From Candidatus Bathyarchaeota archaeon (GTDB lineage: Archaea; Thermoproteota; Bathyarchaeia; 40CM-2-53-6), in contig CAVPLU010000009.1 in NCBI GenBank assembly GCA_963706285.1, positions 1 through 64,000 of the forward strand: 64,000 nt of DNA. Direction: 5' to 3'. Each line of letters opens with the position of its first letter. Position 1 is the stretch's first letter. The notes below the pieces were generated by a model, which searched no databases, had not been told where the DNA came from, and saw nothing but the letters and a program-made list of their open reading frames with translations. Of the stretch, positions 51,367-61,816 are shown piece by piece. Both the position numbers and the translations under genes were made by a program.

Positions 51367-52428
51367 ATGTTTGAAGTGGAACTTGTCGATGTCGTGAAGC
51401 GATTCGGTGCAGTAACGGCGGTCGATCATGTTTCACTCGGTGTAAGGAAGAACGAGTTCTATTCGTTCTTGGGTCCCAGTGGATGCGGCAAAACAACAAC
51501 TCTAAGAATTATTGCAGGGCTCGAAGAGCCTGACGAAGGAATAGTAAGACTTGGAGAGACTGTGGCCAATGATATTCCACCATACAAGCGGAACGTCGGA
51601 ATTGTGTTTCAACATCTCGCGCTCTTCCCTCACATGAGTGTCTATGACAACATAGCGTTCGGGCTGAAGATGGCAGGGATGGAGAAGGATGCTATACGGA
51701 AAAAAGTGGAAGAATCTCTAGAGCTGGTCGGTCTTCCAGGCTATGGAGATAGAAGAATCAATCAACTTAGCGGCGGTCAACAGCAACGGGTCGGCATCGC
51801 ACGAGCGATGGTTAGGGAACCGGGGGTGCTTCTTCTGGACGAACCGCTAGGCCCACTTGATCTGAAGATCAGGCAACACATGCAGCTTGAACTAAAAAGA
51901 ATTCAGAAACAAGTTGGCACGACATTCATCTATGTCACACATGACCAAGGCGAAGCACTGACGATGTCAGACAATATTGCTGTCATCAACAACGGACGAG
52001 TCGAACAGATCGGCAGTCCGCGAGAGATCTATGACAGGCCAAAAACGCAGTTTGTAGCAAATTTCATCGGAGAGACAAATTTCCTAGAAGGAACCAGTGA
52101 AACTCGCGGGTCATTCACCTGTAAGAGACTACCTCACCCGATAATGGTCGAGGACGGGAATGAGCATATCGGAGAAGGCGTTTTGTCAATAAGGCCTGAA
52201 AGGGTGAATATCGCTCCCGACCTCAAAGGGCTAGACAACATCTTTGATGCAATTGTGGAAGATACCGTGTATCAAGGATCACATGTAGTCGTGTCAGTCA
52301 AAGTTGGTGAAGATCTCATGATGAAAATCCGAACCAACCCAGCCGTCCCCCTGAAGAAACATGAGAAGACGCACATAGGCTGGAACAAGACAGACGCAAC
52401 GGTGATCAAGCTCGAAGGAAGTCAATGA
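51367..52428 (+). CDS. potA: Polyamine ABC transporter ATPase
   Basis: GPSGCGKTT, LSGGQQQR, LLLDEP. Confidence 0.93.
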   Translation: MFEVELVDVVKRFGAVTAVDHVSLGVRKNEFYSFLGPSGCGKTTTLRIIAGLEEPDEGIVRLGETVANDIPPYKRNVGIVFQHLALFPHMSVYDNIAFGLKMAGMEKDAIRKKVEESLELVGLPGYGDRRINQLSGGQQQRVGIARAMVREPGVLLLDEPLGPLDLKIRQHMQLELKRIQKQVGTTFIYVTHDQGEALTMSDNIAVINNGRVEQIGSPREIYDRPKTQFVANFIGETNFLEGTSETRGSFTCKRLPHPIMVEDGNEHIGEGVLSIRPERVNIAPDLKGLDNIFDAIVEDTVYQGSHVVVSVKVGEDLMMKIRTNPAVPLKKHEKTHIGWNKTDATVIKLEGSQ

Positions 52429-53302
52429 CGTAACTCAAACCTCCCGCGGCAAGAAGGCTCACGGAGCGACCGCTGGTCTCCTTGTATCGCCAACCGTTGC
52501 GTATCTTGTAGTCTTCTTCTTCGCACCGTTCGCGATCGTTCTTCTGTATTCATTTGGAATGATTGACATTCACAGACAATTGCACTTTGTCGTGAATCTC
52601 AGTTACTATCTCGATTTCTTCAATTCGGTAGCGCCAATTGTGTTCGGCCGGTCGCTGCTGATGGCGCTTGCAACAACGGCTGCGTGTCTCGTACTCGGAT
52701 ATCCGATGTCGTACTATATTGCGGTGAAGAGTGGTCGTCGGAGGGAGACCTTGATGCTGCTAGTGATAATTCCGTTCTGGGTGAGTTTTCTTCTCCGAAC
52801 CTATGCGCTCATGACGATTCTGGATGTAAACGGAATTGTCAACGTGGCACTACTCAGTATGGGCCTGATCTCTCAACCTCTAAATTTGATGTACAACAGT
52901 CAGACCGTTCTTCTAGGAATGGTCTACAACTATCTTCCGTTCATGATTCTGCCGTTGTACGCATCGATGGAGAAATTGGACAGATCGCTCTTGGAGGCTG
53001 CGGGAAGCCTAGGTGCAGGTCCGGTGCGATCTTTTCTTAATGTGACCCTGCCGCTGACGAGGTCTGGTATAGGTGCTGGGTCAATTCTCGTCTTCGTCCC
53101 AGCCGTAGGGGAGTTCATCATACCTCAGCTCTTGGGAGGAACGGAATCGTTCATGATAGGCAACCTGATCTGGACGCTTTTCCTAAAGGCACGTAACCTC
53201 TGGTTCGGATCAGCCGTCTCGGTAATTCTGATAGCGCTAGTTGTCCTGATGGTAGCGCTGTACATGAAATACATCACAAAGGGCGAGGAGATGGCGATAT
53301 GA
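52425..53302 (+). CDS. potB: Polyamine ABC transporter permease (5' frameshift)
   Basis: IPFWVSFLLRTYA, YLPFMILPLY, LEAAGSLGA; open frame extends back to about 52425. Confidence 0.9.
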
Positions 53303-54072
53303 AGAATACCTGGGACAGGATCCTCAAAGGATACTCTTTCATCATTTACGCCTTTCTTTACGCTCCCATATTGATAATGGTGGTCTTTTCCTTTAACGAC
53401 TCCAAGCTGCTGGCTGTCTGGCGTGGGTTCTCCCTGAGATGGTACGAGGAACTGTTTGTTGACCCGACAGTCTGGAATGCATTCTACAACAGCATCTGGG
53501 TAGCTTCGCTTACAACAGTCATCTCGATGGTGCTCGGTACAATGACCGCCTTCGTCTTGATCCGATATGGTTTTCGCGGAAAGTCAATACTCGATAGCGC
53601 TCTCTATTTTCCAGTAGTCATACCAGAGATCACAGAAGCGTTGTCGCTTCTACTGTTCTACGTATTCACAGGGATACCTCTCGGCGCAATGACAGTGGTC
53701 ATTGGGCATATCGCATTCTCGATCTCATACGCTACGATAGTAATCAGAGCCAGGCTGGTCGGATTTGACCGGTCAGTTGAGGAGGCAGCAAAATCGCTTG
53801 GCGCGAATGAGTTCCGAACTTTCATTCACGTGACTTTCCCGCTCATACTGCCAGGAGTCATAGCAGGTGGATTGCTTGCATTCACGGTATCGTATGATGA
53901 TTTCGTTAAGACCGCCTTCACGGCTGGGCCTGGGTTCCAGTCACTCCCATTAAGGATCTACGCCATGGCGAGCAGGGGCGGTGTGTCCCCTCTGCTTAAT
54001 GCTCTGGCGACAGTAACACTGATTGTATCACTGGGTCTTGCTTTGGTCAGACTCCGTGTGTCAAAGGCTTGA
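53299..54072 (+). CDS. potC: Polyamine ABC transporter permease
   Basis: FLYAPI...FSFN, GFSLRWY, EEAAKSLGA. Confidence 0.92.
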   Translation: MKNTWDRILKGYSFIIYAFLYAPILIMVVFSFNDSKLLAVWRGFSLRWYEELFVDPTVWNAFYNSIWVASLTTVISMVLGTMTAFVLIRYGFRGKSILDSALYFPVVIPEITEALSLLLFYVFTGIPLGAMTVVIGHIAFSISYATIVIRARLVGFDRSVEEAAKSLGANEFRTFIHVTFPLILPGVIAGGLLAFTVSYDDFVKTAFTAGPGFQSLPLRIYAMASRGGVSPLLNALATVTLIVSLGLALVRLRVSKA

Positions 54073-54084
54073 CTGTCGGCAGTA

Positions 54085-54801
54085 TCATTCTTCAGCGAAA
54101 TCTGAAGGGAACCAGGGAACTATTCTAATCGAGGGGTCCTTTAGGTTGTTCAATATCGCCGCGTTTATGAGAAGTGGTGTGATCGATTCCACCATCTTCG
54201 AGGTCGACAGAGGCCCAACTCGGAGAGCTCGCAAGTTCGGAATGTCATGAGTCATCTTTGTGACCGTCTGCAGTGCATGTTCGTCCTGACCGCTAACGAG
54301 GACATCGACGTTCAGCACGGAGTCAAGATCGCCTAGATAGGAAGCGGGAACTGTTTGGAACGCTGACACGACCGGGATGCTGCCCACTTCGTCTGCCACA
54401 AATTCAGCAGCTGACTTCTCATAAGCATCTTTTCCGCCGACAACTACAGCGGAGTATGTGAAGAGCTTTCCCTCTCTAGCCATCGGGACGATCACTGAAA
54501 CAACTACGTGCTGAGCGGTCAGTTTGTCCTTGATCTGCCTCACGGTCTCGATCGCGTGCTTAGGCGGAAGCGTGAGAACGACAACTTCAACGAGAGGCGG
54601 AATATCAGTGTTCACGACTCCTTTGATGCTGCCTTTCATTCGGTTTCCGTAGAAGCCCCGGGCCACTGACTCGTACTCGCGTGACACTGCCTCGGCTTTC
54701 TCGATCCGTCTCGATCCAAGCCATACGTCGTGCATCAGAGCCCATCGTAACGCCAGACCTCTGCCCATGCTTCCGGTTCCGCCGACAATTCCAATCCGCA
54801 A
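54085..54801 (-). CDS. npdG: F420-dependent NADP oxidoreductase
   Basis: IVGGTGSMGRGLALRWA, GSR, SAAE, VVSAFQTV, VESITPLL. Confidence 0.85.
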   Translation of the reverse strand: MRIGIVGGTGSMGRGLALRWALMHDVWLGSRRIEKAEAVSREYESVARGFYGNRMKGSIKGVVNTDIPPLVEVVVLTLPPKHAIETVRQIKDKLTAQHVVVSVIVPMAREGKLFTYSAVVVGGKDAYEKSAAEFVADEVGSIPVVSAFQTVPASYLGDLDSVLNVDVLVSGQDEHALQTVTKMTHDIPNLRALRVGPLSTSKMVESITPLLINAAILNNLKDPSIRIVPWFPSDFAEE

Positions 54802-54886
54802 AGCCAGTCGTCCAGACAGGAATGTGAGTGAAGGTATTCAATCTGTCTGAGAGGAAACAAGTCGCGAAGTGCATTACTGCGGGAGC

Positions 54887-55330
54887 TCAGTGACGCTGCT
54901 GATAGTATCTGTACGGGTGATAGAAGGGGGTGCGGCAATTCCTGCAGGCCGAATCATATGGGCTAACTGGTGCGCGGCATCGTGGACAAACCAGCTGCAC
55001 TGTTGGCATGACTCTCGGGTGCCGCCTCTTGACCACTACTACAGCAGCCACAATCACCGCCAGGGTCGCTCCAACTGCTATCACTATCAAAGGAACGAAC
55101 AAATCCCAATGCCAGGAAGATGACACATTTCCTGTAGAGGTTGTCTGGTTGGTCGTGCTGCTGGTTGTTGTATTGTTGCTCGCTGTGGTCATAGCAGCGG
55201 TTGCTTGAGGCATGTACATGATGGTGACCGTTCCGCTTTGCGTCGGGCGCGGGAATGGGAACAGCACTAGTAAAGTGAAGGTCAAGAGCAGGAAAGCGCT
55301 TGTTTTGGGACGTGTCATTCCGCCCGGCAT
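54887..55330 (-). CDS. Membrane protein with Thr-rich region and zinc ribbon
   Basis: Two hydrophobic segments; CPRC...CRNC. Confidence 0.7.
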   Translation of the reverse strand: MPGGMTRPKTSAFLLLTFTLLVLFPFPRPTQSGTVTIMYMPQATAAMTTASNNTTTSSTTNQTTSTGNVSSSWHWDLFVPLIVIAVGATLAVIVAAVVVVKRRHPRVMPTVQLVCPRCRAPVSPYDSACRNCRTPFYHPYRYYQQRH

Positions 55331-55479
55331 TCGCGAGCAGTCCTTCTTAGTGCAGATACGGCATGGAAGCGGAAATAAGACACTTTCCCACCACGCCAGA
55401 GCCCTTCATGCACCCAACGAGGAACCGCACTGCATCGACCATGGCGATATCTGGGCTGACCATCCATTGCTCGTAGTGC

Positions 55480-56880
55480 TTAGGTTGTTCCCCGGGCGCT
55501 CCTGACTTTCTCTCGAGTCAAGGCATATGTCTTGGGTATGCTTCCGAATGAAGCTACAATTCCACGTTCTTCCAGTCCAATCAGTATCGAGAGTGCTCTT
55601 GGGTGGGGGATTCTGGACATGTGTGCGACGGTTTTGGAGTCAGTCTCTCCGAGTTCACATAACGCGCCGCAAACCCGGGCTTCTTCATTCGTCAATCCGA
55701 TGCCTGTGTTAGATTTCTCGATAAGGCTACATATTCGTTCTATGTCTTTCTCGAATGCGGTGACTGTGCCTTCCACTACTGCGTGCGGCTGCACAACCGC
55801 GAAAGGCCCAACTCTTGATTCTGCCGTCAAGTGAGAGCCCTCTCCCAATTCTGTTCCTGCTCCAACAACGGTATCCCGGTCGATTTGTACTCGGTCCCCA
55901 ACCCAGCAGTTTTCGGCTACGACACATGTGTCGAGGGCTGTGTTCCTTCCGATGTGCGTGTTTTCGTAGACTACTGAGAAAGCAATCTTCGTATTTTCCA
56001 AGATTTCGCTTCCATCCCCGACGCATGCGTAAGGTCCAACAACCGCGCCTTTCTGTATTCTCACGTTCTTTCCCAGATGAATCGGTCTTCTGATGGTGAC
56101 CGCTTCAGAGATCGCGTTATCTGACCATGCTTTTGCGTCATGCTCATTTCTTGTTGTCGTTGGTTCGAGATTGTCAAGCGTCCAGACGTTCGCTTTGAGA
56201 TAGCTTCGAGGGTCACCCACGTCGATCCAGAATCCGATGACAGGAAAGCCTGCCAGAACCTCTCTGGATTTCAGCATATGAGGAAACATATCTCTTGAGA
56301 AGTCGAATGGCTTTCCTTCAGGTATCAGTTTGAGCGCTTCAGGTTCAAGTACATAGATGCCGGTATTGATCAAGTTACTGAAGCATTCCGATGGACTGGG
56401 TTTTTCTAGGAAGCGAGTAACTCGGCCATCAGAGAGTTCCACTATACCATACTCAGACGGGTTCTCGACTCTGGTAAGTGCTATTGTTGCAATTGCCCCA
56501 AGCTTTCTATGGTGATTCATTATGTCGCCGAAACCAAATTCAAACTGATTATCGCCTTGAATCACCACAAATGTATCATCTATGAACGACTCCGAATTCT
56601 TCACGGACCCAGCGGTTCCGAGCGGGCTCTTTTCTTCCACATGACGGATCCGTATTCCATATTCTGATCCGTCACCCACCGTCTTGTGCAGTTGATTTGC
56701 GAAGTAGTTTGTCGTTACAACGATCTCGTCTATCCCTTCACGAGTCAGTTTCTGGATGAGGTGGACTATTGCTGGCTTTCCAGCCAGTGGTAGGAGAGGT
56801 TTCGGTTTCGTATAGGTCAGCGGTCTGAGACGCGTTCCCTTTCCTCCTGCCAGAACCACTGCCCTCAAAGTGAAACACAC
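55480..56880 (-). CDS. NDP-sugar pyrophosphorylase with hexapeptide repeats and C-terminal TrmB-like HTH
   Basis: LAGGKGTRLRPLT..KPK, PLGTAG, FLEKP, WIDVG; tail GLTNEEARV...LEERGIV. Confidence 0.9.
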   Translation of the reverse strand: MCFTLRAVVLAGGKGTRLRPLTYTKPKPLLPLAGKPAIVHLIQKLTREGIDEIVVTTNYFANQLHKTVGDGSEYGIRIRHVEEKSPLGTAGSVKNSESFIDDTFVVIQGDNQFEFGFGDIMNHHRKLGAIATIALTRVENPSEYGIVELSDGRVTRFLEKPSPSECFSNLINTGIYVLEPEALKLIPEGKPFDFSRDMFPHMLKSREVLAGFPVIGFWIDVGDPRSYLKANVWTLDNLEPTTTRNEHDAKAWSDNAISEAVTIRRPIHLGKNVRIQKGAVVGPYACVGDGSEILENTKIAFSVVYENTHIGRNTALDTCVVAENCWVGDRVQIDRDTVVGAGTELGEGSHLTAESRVGPFAVVQPHAVVEGTVTAFEKDIERICSLIEKSNTGIGLTNEEARVCGALCELGETDSKTVAHMSRIPHPRALSILIGLEERGIVASFGSIPKTYALTREKVRSARGTT

Positions 56881-57063
56881 TGGCCTTGACCAGTCACACT
56901 GTATTCCTCTTCCTTAAGAGAATTAGACTCAACGTGCGTTGTGATACTGATTAAGGGAGCAGCTTGCTTCAACTGTGGGTCACGAATATGAGCGGGTTCG
57001 AATTGACGAGAATGACTTAAAGCCGAATTGCGACGAAACGGATCTTAGCTGGTATGACTGGGC

Positions 57064-57819
57064 TTGAGCGATATAGTGAGGGAAATCAGTTGTGCTCACT
57101 GCGGTGGTCCTCTTTCCATCAAGCCCGGTGAAATCGTTGTTACTTGCAAATACTGTGGATTCACCGGTGAGATAGAGACAGGGAAGCCTTTCGAATTCGA
57201 GCATTCACTGATCGTCAATGAGTACGCAGATGTTCAGGTAACAGAATCTGTGAAACGTTGGATTCGTGGCAGCTTTTCTGCTCCGCGGGATCTTGCCTCA
57301 AAAGCAGCTGTCGTTGGTACCGAGCTTTTCTATCTCCCATTCTGGGTGGTTGTCACTGAGGCGAGCAGTCACTGTAAGGGGATCTTCGAGAGAATGAGCC
57401 CGCCTGTGACAAAGGAATGGGATACTGCGAACAACTATACCTGGTTGGTCCTGGCCAGGCGTGGATCAGACTTTCCCACTAGGTCGTACGAGATGCCTCT
57501 TGAGGGAAAGATACCATACGACTTCATGAAGATCGATGCGAACGCAAAGGTGCTCAACGCAGAGTTGGACGCAACCGAGGCAACTGAAATAGCTAAGAAG
57601 GAAATTCGCAATCTACACGAGTTTCTGGCAAAAGACACGGTGGACAGAATTATTGAGATGAACACAGAGTTCAATCTCAAGAGCACGCTGTACCTTCACA
57701 GCCCGATCTGGTTTGTCAACTACGAGTACAAAAGACAAAGGTACAGGATTCTCATAGACGGGGCGACTGGCGAAGTGATAAAGGGCGACCTGCCTCCTCC
57801 GGAATTCAAGTTGCTCTAG
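57064..57819 (+). CDS. Zinc-ribbon protein (YdjG-like)
   Basis: CAHCGG...CKYCG; YLPFW; PIWFVNY...IDGATGEV. Confidence 0.75.
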   Translation: MSDIVREISCAHCGGPLSIKPGEIVVTCKYCGFTGEIETGKPFEFEHSLIVNEYADVQVTESVKRWIRGSFSAPRDLASKAAVVGTELFYLPFWVVVTEASSHCKGIFERMSPPVTKEWDTANNYTWLVLARRGSDFPTRSYEMPLEGKIPYDFMKIDANAKVLNAELDATEATEIAKKEIRNLHEFLAKDTVDRIIEMNTEFNLKSTLYLHSPIWFVNYEYKRQRYRILIDGATGEVIKGDLPPPEFKLL

Positions 57820-57882
57820 TATTCTTTTGATTTCAAACGGCTTAATAGCGAAATGTCATCTAGTAACTGACCAAGGTGTGAG

Positions 57883-58428
57883 TTGGTAGAGTTGAGCAAG
57901 AAAACGCCCCTGCAAAGAGTTCAGGGAGACGAACAACTCCTTGAGAAGATCATGCTCGCTATCCCGGGGTTTAAGGGCTACAAGGCAAAGGAACAGCGAA
58001 GAGAAGCGGACAAGCTCATTCGCAACTTTCTTTACTCCAAACTTCAGGAAGCAAGAAATGGCCTTCAAGATATCTATCAAGCCGCCACAGAAGGCAAAGC
58101 ACCTCAGGATCTTCGTCCAATCGACCGGTTGACAGCGATCTTCGACAGAGTCTCCTCGAAAGTGAATCACGCCTCATATGGGTATGCGGGGTTTTTCGAT
58201 GCGGTCAAGATAGATGAGGACGACCTTGACAGGATGATTGATTTTGACAAACAGCTTGTGGATGGAGCAAAGGCACTCGCTCAGAAAGTGCAAGACATGA
58301 AGAATGAAGTGCAGTCCAGCAAGTTCGATAGCCTTCAGTCCTTTGAAGAAGAGACACGAAAGGCGGTCGAAGGATTCGAGAACGCGTTTGATAAGAGGAA
58401 AGATACGATCGAGGACGTGGAGGACTAA
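57883..58428 (+). CDS. Alpha-helical hypothetical protein
   Basis: IPGFKGY...RREADKL, YGYAGFFD; operonic. Confidence 0.75.
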   Translation: MVELSKKTPLQRVQGDEQLLEKIMLAIPGFKGYKAKEQRREADKLIRNFLYSKLQEARNGLQDIYQAATEGKAPQDLRPIDRLTAIFDRVSSKVNHASYGYAGFFDAVKIDEDDLDRMIDFDKQLVDGAKALAQKVQDMKNEVQSSKFDSLQSFEEETRKAVEGFENAFDKRKDTIEDVED

Positions 58429-58430
58429 AC

Positions 58431-59414
58431 ATGCCGCAAATTGTTGAGTGGACGAACGCAGGTTCCGAGGACATTGTTTGGAGATACCCAGCTGAAGACA
58501 TCCAGTGGGGCGCCCAACTCGTAGTGCATGAGTACGAGACAGCAGTCTTCTTCCGCGACGGGAAGAGCTACGACAGTTTCGGACCAGGAAGACATATGCT
58601 AACCACACTAAACCTTCCGAAGCTGACCGCGGCGTTATCCCGCTTGGCAGGTTTCACCGAGACCCCCTTCAAGGCGACAGTTATCTTCATTTCAACGAAG
58701 CAGTTCGCAGGCAAATTCGGCAACAAGGCGCAGACAACCGAGTTGGCGCCGTTAATGACATTCGGATCCTACTGGTTGAAGGTGGAGACCCCCCAACTTT
58801 TCGTCAACGAGGTCGTCGGGGGACAGAACGCCTATACAACTCCTAGCGTGAATGATTTTCTGAGAGGTTTCATTAACGAGAAGATGATCGACGAGCTCTC
58901 GAAGTACGACCTAGTGACAGTCTTTACAAAACTGGACGAGACATCCGGTCAAGTAAAAGCCACACTCATCGAATATTTCCGCAGAATCGGCCTACAACTC
59001 ATCGATCTCAAGTTTGAGGGAATCGACACAACCCCTGAATACCGAGACAGACTGTTCTGGCTTAAGCAAGGCGGAATGACACCTGAAGGAGTGCTCAGGA
59101 TGGAGACCGTCAAGGAAGCCGCAAAAGAACTCGGCAAGTCCTCGGGCAGCGCGGCTTTTGGCACCGGAATGGTTCTCATCCCTCCGCTCTTTCAGACATC
59201 AACAACCCCTGGAGCGCCTACGATGGTCTTGGTAGTGTGCCCAAGCTGTAATGCTCAGATACCCTCCACATCGAAATTCTGCCCGAATTGTGGCAAGAGC
59301 ATATCTGCGATGCCACAACAGCCAAGCCAAGCGCCTTTGCAGAAATGTCCCAAGTGCAGCGAGATACTGCCGACCGGCGCGAAGTTCTGTCACAACTGTG
59401 GAGCCCAAATCTGA
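58431..59414 (+). CDS. SPFH/band-7 (YdjI-like) protein with double zinc ribbon
   Basis: IVWRYP...QLVVHEYETAVFFRDGK...GPGRH; four CxxC pairs. Confidence 0.88.
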   Translation: MPQIVEWTNAGSEDIVWRYPAEDIQWGAQLVVHEYETAVFFRDGKSYDSFGPGRHMLTTLNLPKLTAALSRLAGFTETPFKATVIFISTKQFAGKFGNKAQTTELAPLMTFGSYWLKVETPQLFVNEVVGGQNAYTTPSVNDFLRGFINEKMIDELSKYDLVTVFTKLDETSGQVKATLIEYFRRIGLQLIDLKFEGIDTTPEYRDRLFWLKQGGMTPEGVLRMETVKEAAKELGKSSGSAAFGTGMVLIPPLFQTSTTPGAPTMVLVVCPSCNAQIPSTSKFCPNCGKSISAMPQQPSQAPLQKCPKCSEILPTGAKFCHNCGAQI

Positions 59415-59635
59415 TCCAAAGATCATCTAGCACCGACACGAAAGCTAGTCTTCGTAGCTAGACCTCCATCTCGATTCATCTCAGCGTAGTCTATCAACGG
59501 CCGTCTCACACTTGCCTGAATAGTGGTAGAGCCACACTAACGGCTCCACAGGATGCATGGCCGTCGCTCGAACGTCGTGAGAAGTGACATAAACAACGTT
59601 CAAGATTTGTCTGCCAAGGCTTGAACGGATCAGAT

Positions 59636-61051
59636 ATGAAGATTCTATTCGTTGAACCGCCGAAACACTTCTGGTTTGTAATGGGAGAGTATCTACCTCC
59701 TCCCCTCGGAATACTGGAACTTGCTGCGTACGTAGAGAGGGAGATGCCTGATGTGGAAATCGAGGTGCTTGACTGTCAAGCAAGTCGCCTTGATTGGAAC
59801 ACTCTCGAGCGAGCTATCGAATCTTCCGGCCCTGACATCGTTGCCTCAAGCAGTCTCGCCACATGCAACGCCTATACGACCGTTCGCACTTTGGCTACTG
59901 CAAAGAAGGTCAATCCCTCAATCCTAACAATAGCTGGGGGCCAACATTTCACAGCGACGGCAGACGAGTCGCTACGAACGTACCCTGAGATTGACACAAT
60001 CATCCGAGGTGAAGGCGAGCTAACGCTTGTCGACCTAGCCAACGCCGCTAAGAACTCCAGACCATTCTCTGACATCAGGGGCATATCCTTCCAGAGAAAC
60101 GGTAAAATTTTCCACAACTCCGATCGACCGCTGGTTCCGAACCTTGATGAGCTCCCGATGCCAGCATACCACCTTGTCAAGGATCACATTCGCAAGTATC
60201 ACTTCAAAATGATGACTGGACCGAATACAATCTATGCACTCGTCGAAGGATCAAGAGGCTGCCCTCACCGTTGCACATTCTGCTCACAATGGAAACATTG
60301 GCGAGGCACCTATCGATCCAAGTCACCGAAACGAATTGCGGACGAGTTCGAGTTTCTTAGGGACTACGGGGCTGAGTTTCTCTGGCTAACAGACGACAAC
60401 TTCCAGATAGGTCAGTCCGGAGGACAACTCTGCGATGAGATAATCAGCCGCGGGATCGCTGAAGACATCATGTGGTTCGTCCAGGCACGCTGCGATGAAA
60501 TAACTCGTCACAGAGACCTACTTCCAAGGATGCGTTCTGCGGGAAATATGTGGATTCTAACAGGCGCTGAAAGCGGCAGCGAGGAAACACTTCAGAGCGT
60601 AAAGAAAGGCATCAATCCTAGTCAGATAATCGACGCGGTTCGTTTGATGAAGAAAAACGGGATCTTTGCGCAGACAACTTTTGTCATAGGACACCGTGAC
60701 GACACCCACGAGACGCTTTCTGATCTCAGGCAATTCGTGAATGATATTGATCCGGACATTGCGATCTTTATGATTCTAACACCGTTTCCCGGGACTGACG
60801 TATGCGAAGAGGCCCAAAGGAACGGGTGGATAGAGGATTCGAATTGGGCGAACTACGACATGATTCACCCGATCATGCCCACTAAGACGTTAAGTAGAGA
60901 TGAACTCCAAGAGGAGCTTGTCAGATGTTACCAAGCCTTCTACGGTTCATGGACGAGGCGATTCCACGGGATCTTCTCATCTAACAAGTTGAAGCGAATG
61001 ACATACCGACACATGGCAAGCCAATCCGTCCTTGCTCAACTTAAGCCGTAG
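59636..61051 (+). CDS. B12-binding radical SAM protein
   Basis: PPLGILELAAY, AGGQH, RGEGE, SRGCPHRCTFC, TPFPGT. Confidence 0.92.
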   Translation: MKILFVEPPKHFWFVMGEYLPPPLGILELAAYVEREMPDVEIEVLDCQASRLDWNTLERAIESSGPDIVASSSLATCNAYTTVRTLATAKKVNPSILTIAGGQHFTATADESLRTYPEIDTIIRGEGELTLVDLANAAKNSRPFSDIRGISFQRNGKIFHNSDRPLVPNLDELPMPAYHLVKDHIRKYHFKMMTGPNTIYALVEGSRGCPHRCTFCSQWKHWRGTYRSKSPKRIADEFEFLRDYGAEFLWLTDDNFQIGQSGGQLCDEIISRGIAEDIMWFVQARCDEITRHRDLLPRMRSAGNMWILTGAESGSEETLQSVKKGINPSQIIDAVRLMKKNGIFAQTTFVIGHRDDTHETLSDLRQFVNDIDPDIAIFMILTPFPGTDVCEEAQRNGWIEDSNWANYDMIHPIMPTKTLSRDELQEELVRCYQAFYGSWTRRFHGIFSSNKLKRMTYRHMASQSVLAQLKP

Positions 61052-61072
61052 CGTATCTGTCGGGGTCACAAG

Positions 61073-61765
61073 ATGCGAGACCGAGAAACGCACGATATCT
61101 ATGCCTTGTTCATTCTAGTGGCCTCAGTCTTCGGCTTGGCAGTCTCCGCTACCTTCCTAGGAAAGCCCATTCTATTTGTCGCAGCATCCAATGAAAGAAG
61201 AGTCATGATCGCGTTCGCCTATGACCTCGTTTGCATTGTAGGCATGCTGGCAGTGCTTTTTCCCGTAGCGTGCTCACAGATCTTGGGCATACGGGCTTTG
61301 CCCACCGAAGCTTCGCAAGAGCGCGGAATCCGAGCGACCAGATTCATGAGCGTCCAAATTCTGCATGGTCATCATCCTCTTGAAAGCGCAAAGAGGCATG
61401 AACTGGTCATAATGGGAAGAAGTTACTGTGCAACTTGCTACGGGTTGCTCGCGGGTGCGGTTCTTTCACTCGTAACCGTAACGGTTTTCGGCCTTTCCGG
61501 TTGGTCGGTTTGGGCCGATCTTCGGCCGGCATATTTCATGTACTTACTCAGTGTTTCGGGAGTGATTGTGGGTCTGTCGCAGGTTCTGATGCCAAGCATC
61601 AGCGCTAGAGCAAGATTTGCTCTTTCATTCCTATTCGTCATCGGAACGGGTTTGATGCTTCTCGCCACTGAGCTTTTGACCGCGAACCTAGGCGCTGATT
61701 TGTTTGTAATTCTGCTCGCCGTGTTCTGGTTGCTTTCGCGCATCTCCCTGTCTCATCGAAGCTAG
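61073..61765 (+). CDS. Membrane protein with HH...CxxC metal motif
   Basis: GHHP...H...YCATCYG and several TM helices. Confidence 0.7.
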   Translation: MRDRETHDIYALFILVASVFGLAVSATFLGKPILFVAASNERRVMIAFAYDLVCIVGMLAVLFPVACSQILGIRALPTEASQERGIRATRFMSVQILHGHHPLESAKRHELVIMGRSYCATCYGLLAGAVLSLVTVTVFGLSGWSVWADLRPAYFMYLLSVSGVIVGLSQVLMPSISARARFALSFLFVIGTGLMLLATELLTANLGADLFVILLAVFWLLSRISLSHRS

Positions 61766-61816
61766 ACTAGCGTGGCAATCGCGCGTTCTCTGGAGTGGTT
61801 GAGCGTGAGCTACCAG

